DNA of 64,000 nt, taken from the human T2T-CHM13v2.0 reference genome, Homo sapiens. The notes beneath the pieces were generated by a model. The model had not been told where the DNA came from and did not search any database. It saw only the letters and a program-made list of their open reading frames with translations. The stretch lies in NCBI RefSeq assembly GCF_009914755.1, contig NC_060925.1; one strand, written 5' to 3'. Position numbers and translations under genes: made by a program. Within the stretch, counting starts at the first letter, position 1. Every line of letters starts with the position of its first letter. Positions 1 through 13,600 of the stretch are shown piece after piece.

Positions 1-310
1 TATTGAATGGAATTGAATGGAATCATCGAATGGTCTCGATTGGAATCATTATCAAATGGAATCGAATGGAATCACCGAATAGAATCGAATGGAACAATCA
101 TCAAATGGACTCAAATGGAATTATCCTCAAATGGAATTGAATGGAATTATCGAATGCAATCGAATGGAATTATCGAATGCAATCGAATAGAATCATCGAA
201 TGGACTCGAATGGAATCATCGAATGGAATGGAATGGAACAGTCAATGAACTCGAATGGAATCATCATTGAATGGAATCGAATGGAATAATCGAGTGGAAT
301 CGAATGTAAT

Positions 311-371
311 CATCATCAAATGGAATCAAAAATAACCATCATCAAATGGAATCAAAAATAACCATCATCAA
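311..371 (+). repeat. Local 26-bp tandem duplication (CATCATCAAATGGAATCAAAAATAAC x2)
   Basis: Seen: the normally single-copy CAAAAATAACC monomer appears twice, at 311-336 and 337-362. Confidence 0.9.
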
Positions 372-1000
372 TTGGTGTTGAATGGAATTCTCATCAAATG
401 GAATTCAAAGAAATCATCATCAAATGGAACCGAATGGAATCCTCATTGAATGGAAATGAAAGGGGTCATCATCTAATGGAATCGCATGGAATCATCATAA
501 AATGGAATCGCATGGAATCAACATCAAATGGAATCAAATGGAATCATTGAACGGAATTGAATGGAATCGTCATCGAAAGAATTGAATGCAATCATCGAAT
601 GGTCTCGAATGGAATCATCTTCAAATGGAATGGAATGGAATCATCGCATAGAATCGAAAGGAATTATCATCGAATGGAATCGAATGGAATCAACACCAAA
701 CGGAAAAAAACGGAATTATCGAATGGAATCGAAGAGAATCATCGAATGGACCCGAATGGAATCATCTAATGGAATGGAATGGAATAATCCATGGACTCGA
801 ATGCAATCATCATCGAATGCAATCGAATGGAATCATCGAATGGACTCGAATGGAATAATCATTGAACGGAATCGAATGGAATCATCATCGGATGGAAACG
901 AATGGAATCATCATCGAATGGAATCGAATAGAATTATGGATTGAAATCCAGTGTGATCATCATCGAATGGACCCGAATGGAATCATCATCCAACGGAAGC

Positions 1001-1011
1001 TAATGGAATCA
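1001..1011 (+). promoter_or_regulatory. TAATGGAATCA, a match to the DUX4 consensus TAAYBBAATCA (representative; two per canonical unit, e.g. 35606 and 36539)
   Basis: Seen: exact degenerate-consensus match. Knowledge: DUX4 binds HSATII and induces its transcription. Occupancy of these particular sites is not shown. Confidence 0.45.
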
Positions 1012-3673
1012 ACATCGAATGAATCGAAAGGAAACACCATCGAATTGAAACGAATGGAATTACCATGAAATTGAAATGGATGGACTCATCATCAAATGGA
1101 TTCGTATGGAATCATCGAATAAAATTGATTGAAATCATCATCGAATGGAATCGAATGGTATCATTGAATGGAATCGAATGGAATCATCATCAGATGGAAA
1201 TGAATGGAATCGTCATAGAATGGGATCGAATGGATTCATTGAATGGAATCAGATGGAATCATTGAATGGACTGGAATGGAATCATTGAATGGACTCGAAA
1301 GGGATCATTATTGAATGGAATTGAATGGAATCATCGAATGGTCTCGATAGGAATCATTATCAAATGGAATCGAATGGAATCACCGAATAGAATCGAATGG
1401 AACAATCATCGAATGGACTCAAATGGAATTATCCTCTAATGGAATCGAATGGAATTATCGAATGTAATCGAATGGAATTCTCGAATGCAATCGAATAGAA
1501 TCATCGAATGGACTCGAATGGAATCATCGAATGGAATGGAATGGAACAGTCAATGAACTCGAATGGAATCATCATTGAATGGAATCGAATGGAATCATCG
1601 AGTGGAATCGAAAGGAATTATGACCAAATGGAATCGAATGTAATCATCATCAAATGGAATCAAAAATAACCATCATCAATTGGTATTGAATGGAATTGTC
1701 ATCAAATGGAATTCAAAGGAATCATCATCAAATGGAACCGAATGGAATCCTCATTGAATGGAAATGAAAGGGGTCATCATCTAATGGAATCGCATGGAAT
1801 CATCATCAAATGGAATCGAATGGAATCATCATCAAATGGAATCTAATGGAAACATTGAAAAGAATTGAATGGAATCGTCATCGAATGAATTGAATGCAAT
1901 CATCGAATGGTCTCGAATGGAATCATCTTCTAATGAAAAGGAATGGAATCATCGCATAGAATCGAATGGAATTATCATCGAATGGAATCGAATGGTATCA
2001 ACACCAAACGGAAAAAAACGGAATTATCGAATGGAATCGAAGAGAATCTTCGAACGGACCCGAATGGAATCATCTAATGGAATGGAATGGAATAATCCAT
2101 GGACTCGAATGCAATCATCATCGAATGGAATCGAATGGAATCATCGAATGGACTCGAATGGAATAATCATTGAACGGAATCGAATGGAATCATCATCGGA
2201 TGGAAACGAATGGAATCATCATCGAATGGAAATGAAAGGAGTCATCATCTAATGGAATTGCATGGAATCATCATCAAATGGAATCGAATGGAATCAACAT
2301 CAAATGGAATCAAATGGAATCATTGAACGGAATTGAATGGAATCGTCATCGAATGAATTGAATGCAATCATCGAATGGTCTCGAATGGAATCATCTTCAA
2401 ATGGAATGGAATGGAATCATCGCATAGAATCGAATGGAATTATCATCGAATGGAATCGAATGGAATCAACATCAAACGGAAAAAAACGGAATTATCGAAT
2501 GGAATCGAAGAGAATCATCGAATGGACCCGAATGGAATCATCTAATGGAATGGAATGGAATAATCCATGGACTCGAATGCAATCATCATCGAATGGAATC
2601 GAATGGAATCATCGAATGGACTCGAATGGAATAATCATTGAACGGAATCGAATGGAATCATCATCGGATGGAAATGAATGGAATCATCATCGAATGGAAT
2701 CGAATAGAATTATGGAATGAAATCCAGTGTGATCATCATCGAATGGACCCGAATGGAATCATCATCCAACGTAAGCTAATGGAATCAACATCGAATGAAT
2801 CGAATGGAAACACCATCGAATTGAAACGAATGGAATTACCATGAAATTGAAATGGATGGACTCATCATCGAATGGATTCGAATGGAATCATCGAATAAAA
2901 TTGATTGAAATCATCATCGAATGGTATCGAATGGTATCATTGAATGGAATCGAATGGAATCATCCTCAGATGGAAATGAATGGAATCGTCATAGAATGGA
3001 ATCGAATGGATTCATTGAATGGAATCAGATGGAATCATCGAATGGACTGGAATGGAATCATTGAATGGACTCGAAAGGGATCATTATTGAATGGAATTGA
3101 ATGGAATCATCGAATGGTCCCGATGGAATCATTATCAAATGGAATCGAATGGAATCACCGAATAGAATCGAATGGAACAATCATCGAATGGACTCAAATG
3201 GAATTATCCTCACATGGAATCGAATGGAATTATCGAATGCAATCGAATGGAATTATCGAATGCAATCGAATAGAATCATCGAATGGACTCGAATGGAATC
3301 ATCGAATGGAATGGAATGGAACAGTCAATGAACTCGAATGGAATCATCATTGAATGGAATCGAATGGAATCATCGAGTGGAATCGAATGGAATTATGATC
3401 AAATGGAATCGAATTTAATCATCATCAAATGGAATCAAAAATAACCATCATCAATTGGTATTGAATGGAATTCTCATCAAATGGAATTCAAAGGAATCAT
3501 CATCAAATGGAACTGAATGGAATCCTCATTGAATGGAAATGAAAGGGGTCATCATCTAATGGAATCGCATGGAATCATCATCAAATGGAATCGAATGGAA
3601 TCATCATCAAATGGAATCTGATGGAATCATTGAACAGAATTGAATGGAATCGTCATCGAATGAATTGAATTCA

Positions 3674-3967
3674 ATCATCGAATGGTCTCGAATGTAATCA
3701 CATTCTAATGGAAAGGAATGGAATCATCGCATAGAATCGAATGGAATTAACATTGAATGGACTCGAATGGAATCAACATCAAACGGAATCAAGCGGAATT
3801 ATCGAATGGAATCGAAGAGAATCATCGAATGGTCTCGAATGGAATCATCTTCTAATGGAAAGGAATGGAATCATCTCATAGAATCGAATGGAATTAACAT
3901 TGAATGGACTCGAATGGAATCAACATCAAATGCAATCAAGCGGAATTGTCGAATGAAATCGAAGAGA
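3674..3967 (+). repeat. 147-bp tandem duplication within the A subrepeat (also at 8266, 11964, 16556, 22924, 27516 and 60058)
   Basis: Seen: ATCATCGAATGGTCTCG...GAAGAGA starts at both 3674 and 3821. Each copy is three 23-bp plus three 26-bp monomers. Confidence 0.92.
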
Positions 3968-4762
3968 ATCATCGAATGGACTCGAATGGAATCATCTAAT
4001 GGAATGGAATGGAATAATCCACGGACTCGAATGCAATCATCATCGTATAGAATCGAATGGAATGATCGAAAGGACTCGAATGGAATAACCATTGAACGGA
4101 ATCGAATGGAATCATCATCGGATGGAAACGAATGGAATCATCATCGAATGGAAATGAAAGGAGTCATCATCTAATGGAATTGCATGGAATCATCATCAAA
4201 TGGAATCGAATGGAATCATCATCAAATGGAATCAAATGGAATCATTGAACGGAATTGAATGGAATTGTCATCGAATGAATTGACTGCAATCATCCAATGG
4301 TCTCGAATGGAATCATCTTCAAATGGAATGGAATGGAATCATCGCATAGAATCGAATGGAATTATCATCGAATGGAATCGAATGGTATCAACATCAAACG
4401 GAAAAAAACGGAATTATCGAATGGAATCGAAGAGAATCTTCGAACGGACCCGAATGGAATCATCTAATGGAATGGAATGGAATAATCCATGGACTCGAAT
4501 GCAATCATCATCGAATGGAATCGAATGGAATCATTGAATGGACTCGAATGGAATAATCATTGAACGGAATCGAATGGAATCATCATCGGATGGAAATGAA
4601 TGGAATCATCATCGAATGGAATCGAATAGAATTATGGAATGAAATCCAGTGTGATCATCATCGAATGGACCCGAATGGAATCATCATCCAACGGAAGCTA
4701 ATGGAATCAACATCGAATGAATCGAAAGGAAACACCATCGAATTGAAACGAATGGAATTATC

Positions 4763-5656
4763 ATGAAATTGAAATGGATGGACTCATCATCGAATGGATT
4801 CGAATGGAATCATCGAATAAAATTGATTGAAATCATCATCGAATGGAATCGAATGGTATCATTGAATGGAATCGAATGGAATCATCATCAGATGGAAATG
4901 AATGGAATCGTCATAGAATGGAATCGAATGGATTCATTGAATGGAATCAGATGGAATCATCGAATGGACTCGAATGGAATAATCATTGAACGGAATCGAA
5001 TGGAATCATCATCGGATGGAAACGAATGGAATCATCATTGAATGGAAATGAAAGGAGTCATCATCTAATGGAATTTCATGGAATCATCATCAAATGGAAT
5101 CGAATGGAATCAACATCAAATGGAATCAAATGGAATCATTGAACGGAATTGAATGGAATCGTCATCGAATGAATTGAATGCAATCATCGAATGGTCTCGA
5201 ATGGAATCATCTTCAAATGGAATGGAATGGAATCATCGCATAGAATCGAATGGAATTATCATCGAATGGAATCGAATGTTATCAACATCAAACGGAAAAT
5301 AACGGAATTATCGAATGGAATCGAAGAGAATCATCGAACGGACCCGAATGGAATCATCTAATGGAATGGAATGGAATAATCCACGGACTCGAATGCAATC
5401 ATCGTCGAATGGAATCGAATAGAATCATCGAATGGACTCGAATGGAATAATCATTGAACGGAATCGAATGGAATCATCATCGGATGGAAACGAATGGAAT
5501 CATCATCGAATGGAATCGAATAGAATTATGGAATGAAATCCAGTGTGATCATCATCGAATGGACCCGAATGGAATCATCATCCAACGGAAGCTAATGGAA
5601 TCAACATCGAATGAATCAAATGGAAACACCATCGAATTGAAACGAATGGAATTACC
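4763..5656 (+). repeat. 894-bp truncated unit (882-bp deletion; also at 13053, 17645, 24013 and 28605)
   Basis: Seen: after GGAATCAGATGGAATCATCGAATGGACT the sequence jumps to CGAATGGAATAATCATTGAACGG. The ACAGTC, AAAAATAACC and EcoRI landmarks are missing. Confidence 0.92.
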
Positions 5657-8600
5657 ATGAAATTGAAATGGATGGACTCATCATCAAATGGATTCGAATG
5701 GAATCATCGAATAAAATTGATTGAAATCATCATCGAATGGAATCGAATGGTATCATTGAATGGAATCGAATGGAATCATCATCAGATGGAAATGAATGGA
5801 ATCGTCATAGAATGGAATCGAATGGATTCATTGAATGGAATCAGATGGAATCATTGAATGGACTGGAATGGAATCATTGAATGGACTCGAAAGGGATCAT
5901 TATTGAATGGAATTGAATGGAATCATCGAATGGTCTCGATTGGAATCATTATCAAATGGAATCGAATGGAATCACCGAATAGAATCGAATGGAACAATCA
6001 TCGAATGGACTCAAATGGAATTATCCTCCAATGGAATGGAATGGAATTATCGAATGCAATCGAATGGAATTATCGAATGCAATCGAATAGAATCATCGAA
6101 TGGACTCGAATGGAATCATCGAATGGAATGGAATGGAACAGTCAATGAACTCGAATGGAATCATCATTGAATGGAATCGAATGGAATCATCGAGTGGAAT
6201 CGAATGGAATTATGATCAAATGGAATCGAATGTAATCATCATCAAATGGAATCAAAAATAACCATCATCAATTGGTATTGAATGGAATTGTCATCAAATG
6301 GAATTCAAAGGAATCATCATCAAATGGAACCGAATGGAATCCTCATTGAATGGAAATGAAAGGGGTCATCATCTAATGGAATCGCATGGAATCATCATCA
6401 AATGGAATCGAATGGAATCATCATCAAATGGAATCTAATGGAATCATTGAAAAGAATTGAATGGAATCGTCATCGAATGAATTGAATGCAATCATCGAAT
6501 GGTCTCGAATGGAATCATCTTCTAATGGAAAGGAATGGAATCATCGCATAGAATCGAATGGAATTATCATCGAATGGAATCGAATGGTATCAACACCAAA
6601 CGGAAAAAAACGGAATTATCGAATGGAATCGAAGAGAATCTTCGAACGGACCCGAATGGAATCATCTAATGGAATGGAATGGAATAATCCATGGACTCGA
6701 ATGCAATCATCATCGAATGGAATCGAATGGAATCATCGAATGGACTCGAATGGAATAATCATTGAACGGAATCGAATGGAATCATCATCGGATGGAAACG
6801 AATGGAATCATCATCGAATGGAAATGAAAGGAGTCATCATCTAATGGAATTGCATGGAATCATCATAAAAGGGAATCGAATGGAATCAACATCAAATGGA
6901 ATCAAATGGAATCATTGAACGGAATTGAATGGAATCGTCATCGAATGAATTGAATGCAATCATCGAATGGTCTCGAATGGAATCATCTTCAAATAGAATG
7001 GAATGGAATCATCGCATAGAATCGAATGGAATTATCATCGAATGGAATCGAATGGAATCAACATCAAACGGAAAAAAACGGAATTATCGAATGGAATCGA
7101 AGAGAATCATCGAATGGACCCGAATGGAATCATCTAATGGAATGGAATGGAATAATCCATGGACTCGAATGCAATCATCATCGAATGGAATCGAATGGAA
7201 TCATCGAATGGACTCGAATGGAATAATCATTGAACGGAATCGAATGGAATCATCATCGGATGGAAATGAATGGAATCATCATCGAATGGAATCGAATAGA
7301 ATTATGGAATGAAATCCAGTGTGATCATCATCGAATGGACCCGAATGGAATCATCATCCAACGGAAGCTAATGGAATCAACATCGAATGAATCGAATGGA
7401 AACACCATCGAATTGAAACGAATGGAATTACCATGAAATTGAAATGGATGGACTCATCATCGAATGGATTCGAATGGAATCATCGAATAAAATTGATTGA
7501 AATCATCATCGAATTGTATCGAATGGTATCATTGAATGGAATCGAATGGAATCATCCTCAGATGGAAATGAATGGAATCGTCATAGAATGGAATCGAATG
7601 GATTCATTGAATGGAATCAGATGGAATCATCGAATGGACTGGAATGGAATCATTGAATGGACTCGAAAGGGATCATTATTGAATGGAATTGAATGGAATC
7701 ATCGAATGGTCCCGATGGAATCATTATCAAATGGAATCGAATGGAATCACCGAATAGAATCGAATGGAACAATCATCGAATGGACTCAAATGGAATTATC
7801 CTCACATGGAATCGAATGGAATTATCGAATGCAATCGAATGGAATTATCGAATGCAATCGAATAGAATCATCGAATGGACTCGAATGGAATCATCGAATG
7901 GAATGGAATGGAACAGTCAATGAACTCGAATGGAATCATCATTGAATGGAATCGAATGGAATCATCGAGTGGAATCGAATGGAATTATGATCAAATGGAA
8001 TCGAATTTAATCATCATCAAATGGAATCAAAAATAACCATCATCAATTGGTATTGAATGGAATTCTCATCAAATGGAATTCAAAGGAATCATCATCAAAT
8101 GGAACTGAATGGAATCCTCATTGAATGGAAATGAAAGGGGTCATCATCTAATGGAATCGCATGGAATCATCATCAAATGGAATCGAATGGAATCATCATC
8201 AAATGGAATCTGATGGAATCATTGAACAGAATTGAATGGAATCGTCATCGAATGAATTGAATTCAATCATCGAATGGTCTCGAATGTAATCACATTCTAA
8301 TGGAAAGGAATGGAATCATCGCATAGAATCGAATGGAATTAACATTGAATGGACTCGAATGGAATCAACATCAAACGGAATCAAGCGGAATTATCGAATG
8401 GAATCGAAGAGAATCATCGAATGGTCTCGAATGGAATCATCTTCTAATGGAAAGGAATGGAATCATCTCATAGAATCGAATGGAATTAACATTGAATGGA
8501 CTCGAATGGAATCAACATCAAATGCAATCAAGCGGAATTGTCGAATGAAATCGAAGAGAATCATCGAATGGACTCGAATGGAATCATCTAATGGAATGGA

Positions 8601-10663
8601 ATGGAATAATCCACGGACTCGAATGCAATCATCATCGTATAGAATCGAATGGAATGATCGAAAGGACTCGAATGGAATAACCATTGAACGGAATCGAATG
8701 GAATCATCATCGGATGGAAACGAATGGAATCATCATCGAATGGAAATGAAAGGAGTCATCATCTAATGGAATTGCATGGAATCATCATCAAATGGAATCG
8801 AATGGAATCATCATCAAATGGAATCAAATGGAATCATTGAACGGAATTGAATGGAATCGTCATCGAAAGAATTGAATGCAATCATCGAATGGTCTCGAAT
8901 GGAATCATCTTCAAATGGAATGGAATGGAATCATCGCATAGAATCGAAAGGAATTATCATCGAATGGAATCGAATGGAATCAACACCAAACGGAAAAAAA
9001 CGGAATTATCGAATGGAATCGAAGAGAATCATCGAATGGACCCGAATGGAATCATCTAATGGAATGGAATGGAATAATCCATGGACTCGAATGCAATCAT
9101 CATCGAATGCAATCGAATGGAATCATCGAATGGACTCGAATGGAATAATCATTGAACGGAATCGAATGGAATCATCATCGGATGGAAACGAATGGAATCA
9201 TCATCGAATGGAATCGAATAGAATTATGGATTGAAATCCAGTGTGATCATCATCGAATGGACCCGAATGGAATCATCATCCAACGGAAGCTAATGGAATC
9301 AACATCGAATGAATCGAAAGGAAACACCATCGAATTGAAACGAATGGAATTACCATGAAATTGAAATGGATGGACTCATCATCAAATGGATTCGTATGGA
9401 ATCATCGAATAAAATTGATTGAAATCATCATCGAATGGAATCGAATGGTATCATTGAATGGAATCGAATGGAATCATCATCAGATGGAAATGAATGGAAT
9501 CGTCATAGAATGGGATCGAATGGATTCATTGAATGGAATCAGATGGAATCATTGAATGGACTGGAATGGAATCATTGAATGGACTCGAAAGGGATCATTA
9601 TTGAATGGAATTGAATGGAATCATCGAATGGTCTCGATAGGAATCATTATCAAATGGAATCGAATGGAATCACCGAATAGAATCGAATGGAACAATCATC
9701 GAATGGACTCAAATGGAATTATCCTCTAATGGAATCGAATGGAATTATCGAATGTAATCGAATGGAATTCTCGAATGCAATCGAATAGAATCATCGAATG
9801 GACTCGAATGGAATCATCGAATGGAATGGAATGGAACAGTCAATGAACTCGAATGGAATCATCATTGAATGGAATCGAATGGAATCATCGAGTGGAATCG
9901 AAAGGAATTATGACCAAATGGAATCGAATGTAATCATCATCAAATGGAATCAAAAATAACCATCATCAATTGGTATTGAATGGAATTGTCATCAAATGGA
10001 ATTCAAAGGAATCATCATCAAATGGAACCGAATGGAATCCTCATTGAATGGAAATGAAAGGGGTCATCATCTAATGGAATCGCATGGAATCATCATCAAA
10101 TGGAATCGAATGGAATCATCATCAAATGGAATCTAATGGAAACATTGGAAAGAATTGAATGGAATCGTCATCGAATGAATTGAATGCAATCATCGAATGG
10201 TCTCGAATGGAATCATCTTCTAATGAAAAGGAATGGAATCATCGCATAGAATCGAATGGAATTATCATCGAATGGAATCGAATGGTATCAACACCAAACG
10301 GAAAAAAACGGAATTATCGAATGGAATCGAAGAGAATCTTCGAACGGACCCGAATGGAATCATCTAATGGAATGGAATGGAATAATCCATGGACTCGAAT
10401 GCAATCATCATCGAATGGAATCGAATGGAATCATCGAATGGACTCGAATGGAATAATCATTGAACGGAATCGAATGGAATCATCATCGGATGGAAACGAA
10501 TGGAATCATCATCGAATGGAAATGAAAGGAGTCATCATCTAATGGAATTGCATGGAATCATCATCAAATGGAATCGAATGGAATCAACATCAAATGGAAT
10601 CAAATGGAATCATTGAACGGAATTGAATGGAATCGTCATCGAATGAATTGAATGCAATCATCG

Positions 10664-13600
10664 AATGGTCTCGAATGGAATCATCTTCAAATGGAATGGA
10701 ATGGAATCATCGCATAGAATCGAATGGAATTATCATCGAATGGAATCGAATGGAATCAACATCAAACGGAAAAAAACGGAATTATCGAATGGAATCGAAG
10801 AGAATCATCGAATGGACCCGAATGGAATCATCTAATGGAATGGAATGGAATAATCCATGGACTCGAATGCAATCATCATCGAATGGAATCGAATGGAATC
10901 ATCGAATGGACTCGAATGGAATAATCATTGAACGGAATCGAATGGAATCATCATCGGATGGAAATGAATGGAATCATCATCGAATGGAATCGAATAGAAT
11001 TATGGAATGAAATCCAGTGTGATCATCATCGAATGGACCCGAATGGAATCATCATCCAACGTAAGCTAATGGAATCAACATCGAATGAATCGAATGGAAA
11101 CACCATCGAATTGAAACGAATGGAATTACCATGAAATTGAAATGGATGGACTCATCATCGAATGGATTCGAATGGAATCATCGAATAAAATTGATTGAAA
11201 TCATCATCGAATGGTATCGAATGGTATCATTGAATGGAATCGAATGGAATCATCCTCAGATGGAAATGAATGGAATCGTCATAGAATGGAATCGAATGGA
11301 TTCATTGAATGGAATCAGATGGAATCATCGAATGGACTGGAATGGAATCATTGAATGGACTCGAAAGGGATCATTATTGAATGGAATTGAATGGAATCAT
11401 CGAATGGTCCCGATGGAATCATTATCAAATGGAATCGAATGGAATCACCGAATAGAATCGAATGGAACAATCATCGAATGGACTCAAATGGAATTATCCT
11501 CACATGGAATCGAATGGAATTATCGAATGCAATCGAATGGAATTATCGAATGCAATCGAATAGAATCATCGAATGGACTCGAATGGAATCATCGAATGGA
11601 ATGGAATGGAACAGTCAATGAACTCGAATGGAATCATCATTGAATGGAATCGAATGGAATCATCGAGTGGAATCGAATGGAATTATGATCAAATGGAATC
11701 GAATTTAATCATCATCAAATGGAATCAAAAATAACCATCATCAATTGGTATTGAATGGAATTCTCATCAAATGGAATTCAAAGGAATCATCATCAAATGG
11801 AACTGAATGGAATCCTCATTGAATGGAAATGAAAGGGGTCATCATCTAATGGAATCGCATGGAATCATCATCAAATGGAATCGAATGGAATCATCATCAA
11901 ATGGAATCTGATGGAATCATTGAACAGAATTGAATGGAATCGTCATCGAATGAATTGAATTCAATCATCGAATGGTCTCGAATGTAATCACATTCTAATG
12001 GAAAGGAATGGAATCATCGCATAGAATCGAATGGAATTAACATTGAATGGACTCGAATGGAATCAACATCAAACGGAATCAAGCGGAATTATCGAATGGA
12101 ATCGAAGAGAATCATCGAATGGTCTCGAATGGAATCATCTTCTAATGGAAAGGAATGGAATCATCTCATAGAATCGAATGGAATTAACATTGAATGGACT
12201 CGAATGGAATCAACATCAAATGCAATCAAGCGGAATTGTCGAATGAAATTGAAGAGAATCATCGAATGGACTCGAATGGAATCATCTAATGGAATGGAAT
12301 GGAATAATCCACGGACTCGAATGCAATCATCATCGTATAGAATCGAATGGAATGATCGAAAGGACTCGAATGGAATAACCATTGAACGGAATCGAATGGA
12401 ATCATCATCGGATGGAAACGAATGGAATCATCATCGAATGGAAATGAAAGGAGTCATCATCTAATGGAATTGCATGGAATCATCATCAAATGGAATCGAA
12501 TGGAATCATCATCAAATGGAATCAAATGGAATCATTGAACGGAATTGAATGGAATTGTCATCGAATGAATTGACTGCAATCATCCAATGGTCTCGAATGG
12601 AATCATCTTCAAATGGAATGGAATGGAATCATCGCATAGAATCGAATGGAATTATCATCGAATGGAATCGAATGGTATCAACATCAAACGGAAAAAAACG
12701 GAATTATCGAATGGAATCGAAGAGAATCTTCGAACGGACCCGAATGGAATCATCTAATGGAATGGAATGGAATAATCCATGGACTCGAATGCAATCATCA
12801 TCGAATGGAATCGAATGGAATCATTGAATGGACTCGAATGGAATAATCATTGAACGGAATCGAATGGAATCATCATCGGATGGAAATGAATGGAATCATC
12901 ATCGAATGGAATCGAATAGAATTATGGAATGAAATCCAGTGTGATCATCATCGAATGGACCCGAATGGAATCATCATCCAACGGAAGCTAATGGAATCAA
13001 CATCGAATGAATCAAAAGGAAACACCATCGAATTGAAACGAATGGAATTATCATGAAATTGAAATGGATGGACTCATCATCGAATGGATTCGAATGGAAT
13101 CATCGAATAAAATTGATTGAAATCATCATCGAATGGAATCGAATGGTATCATTGAATGGAATCGAATGGAATCATCATCAGATGGAAATGAATGGAATCG
13201 TCATAGAATGGAATCGAATGGATTCATTGAATGGAATCAGATGGAATCATCGAATGGACTCGAATGGAATAATCATTGAACGGAATCGAATGGAATCATC
13301 ATCGGATGGAAACGAATGGAATCATCATCGAATGGAAATGAAAGGAGTCATCATCTAATGGAATTTCATGGAATCATCATCAAATGGAATCGAATGGAAT
13401 CAACATCAAATGGAATCAAATGGAATCATTGAACGGAATTGAATGGAATCGTCATCGAATGAATTGAATGCAATCATCGAATGGTCTCGAATGGAATCAT
13501 CTTCAAATGGAATGGAATGGAATCATCGCATAGAATCGAATGGAATTATCATCGAATGGAATCGAATGTTATCAACATCAAACGGAAAATAACGGAATTA

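Noticed and set aside
1118-1140. AATAAA (GAATAAAATTGATTG) once per unit as a polyadenylation signal
   Set aside because: The hexamer alone in A-rich satellite DNA, without a clear downstream GU/U-rich element or transcript data, is not enough to call a site.
3871-4092. 73-aa minus-strand ORF repeated six times
   Set aside because: It exists only because point variants in the 147-bp lineage remove stop codons. It is a low-complexity IPFDS-type satellite translation, copied passively with the higher-order repeat.
3674-5656. Nucleosome-quantised indels (147 bp and 882 = 6x147 bp)
   Set aside because: Both are also multiples of the 49-bp (23+26) monomer pair, and the 468-bp events are not multiples of 147. 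Monomer register explains the lengths more simply, and nucleosome repeat lengths include linker DNA.
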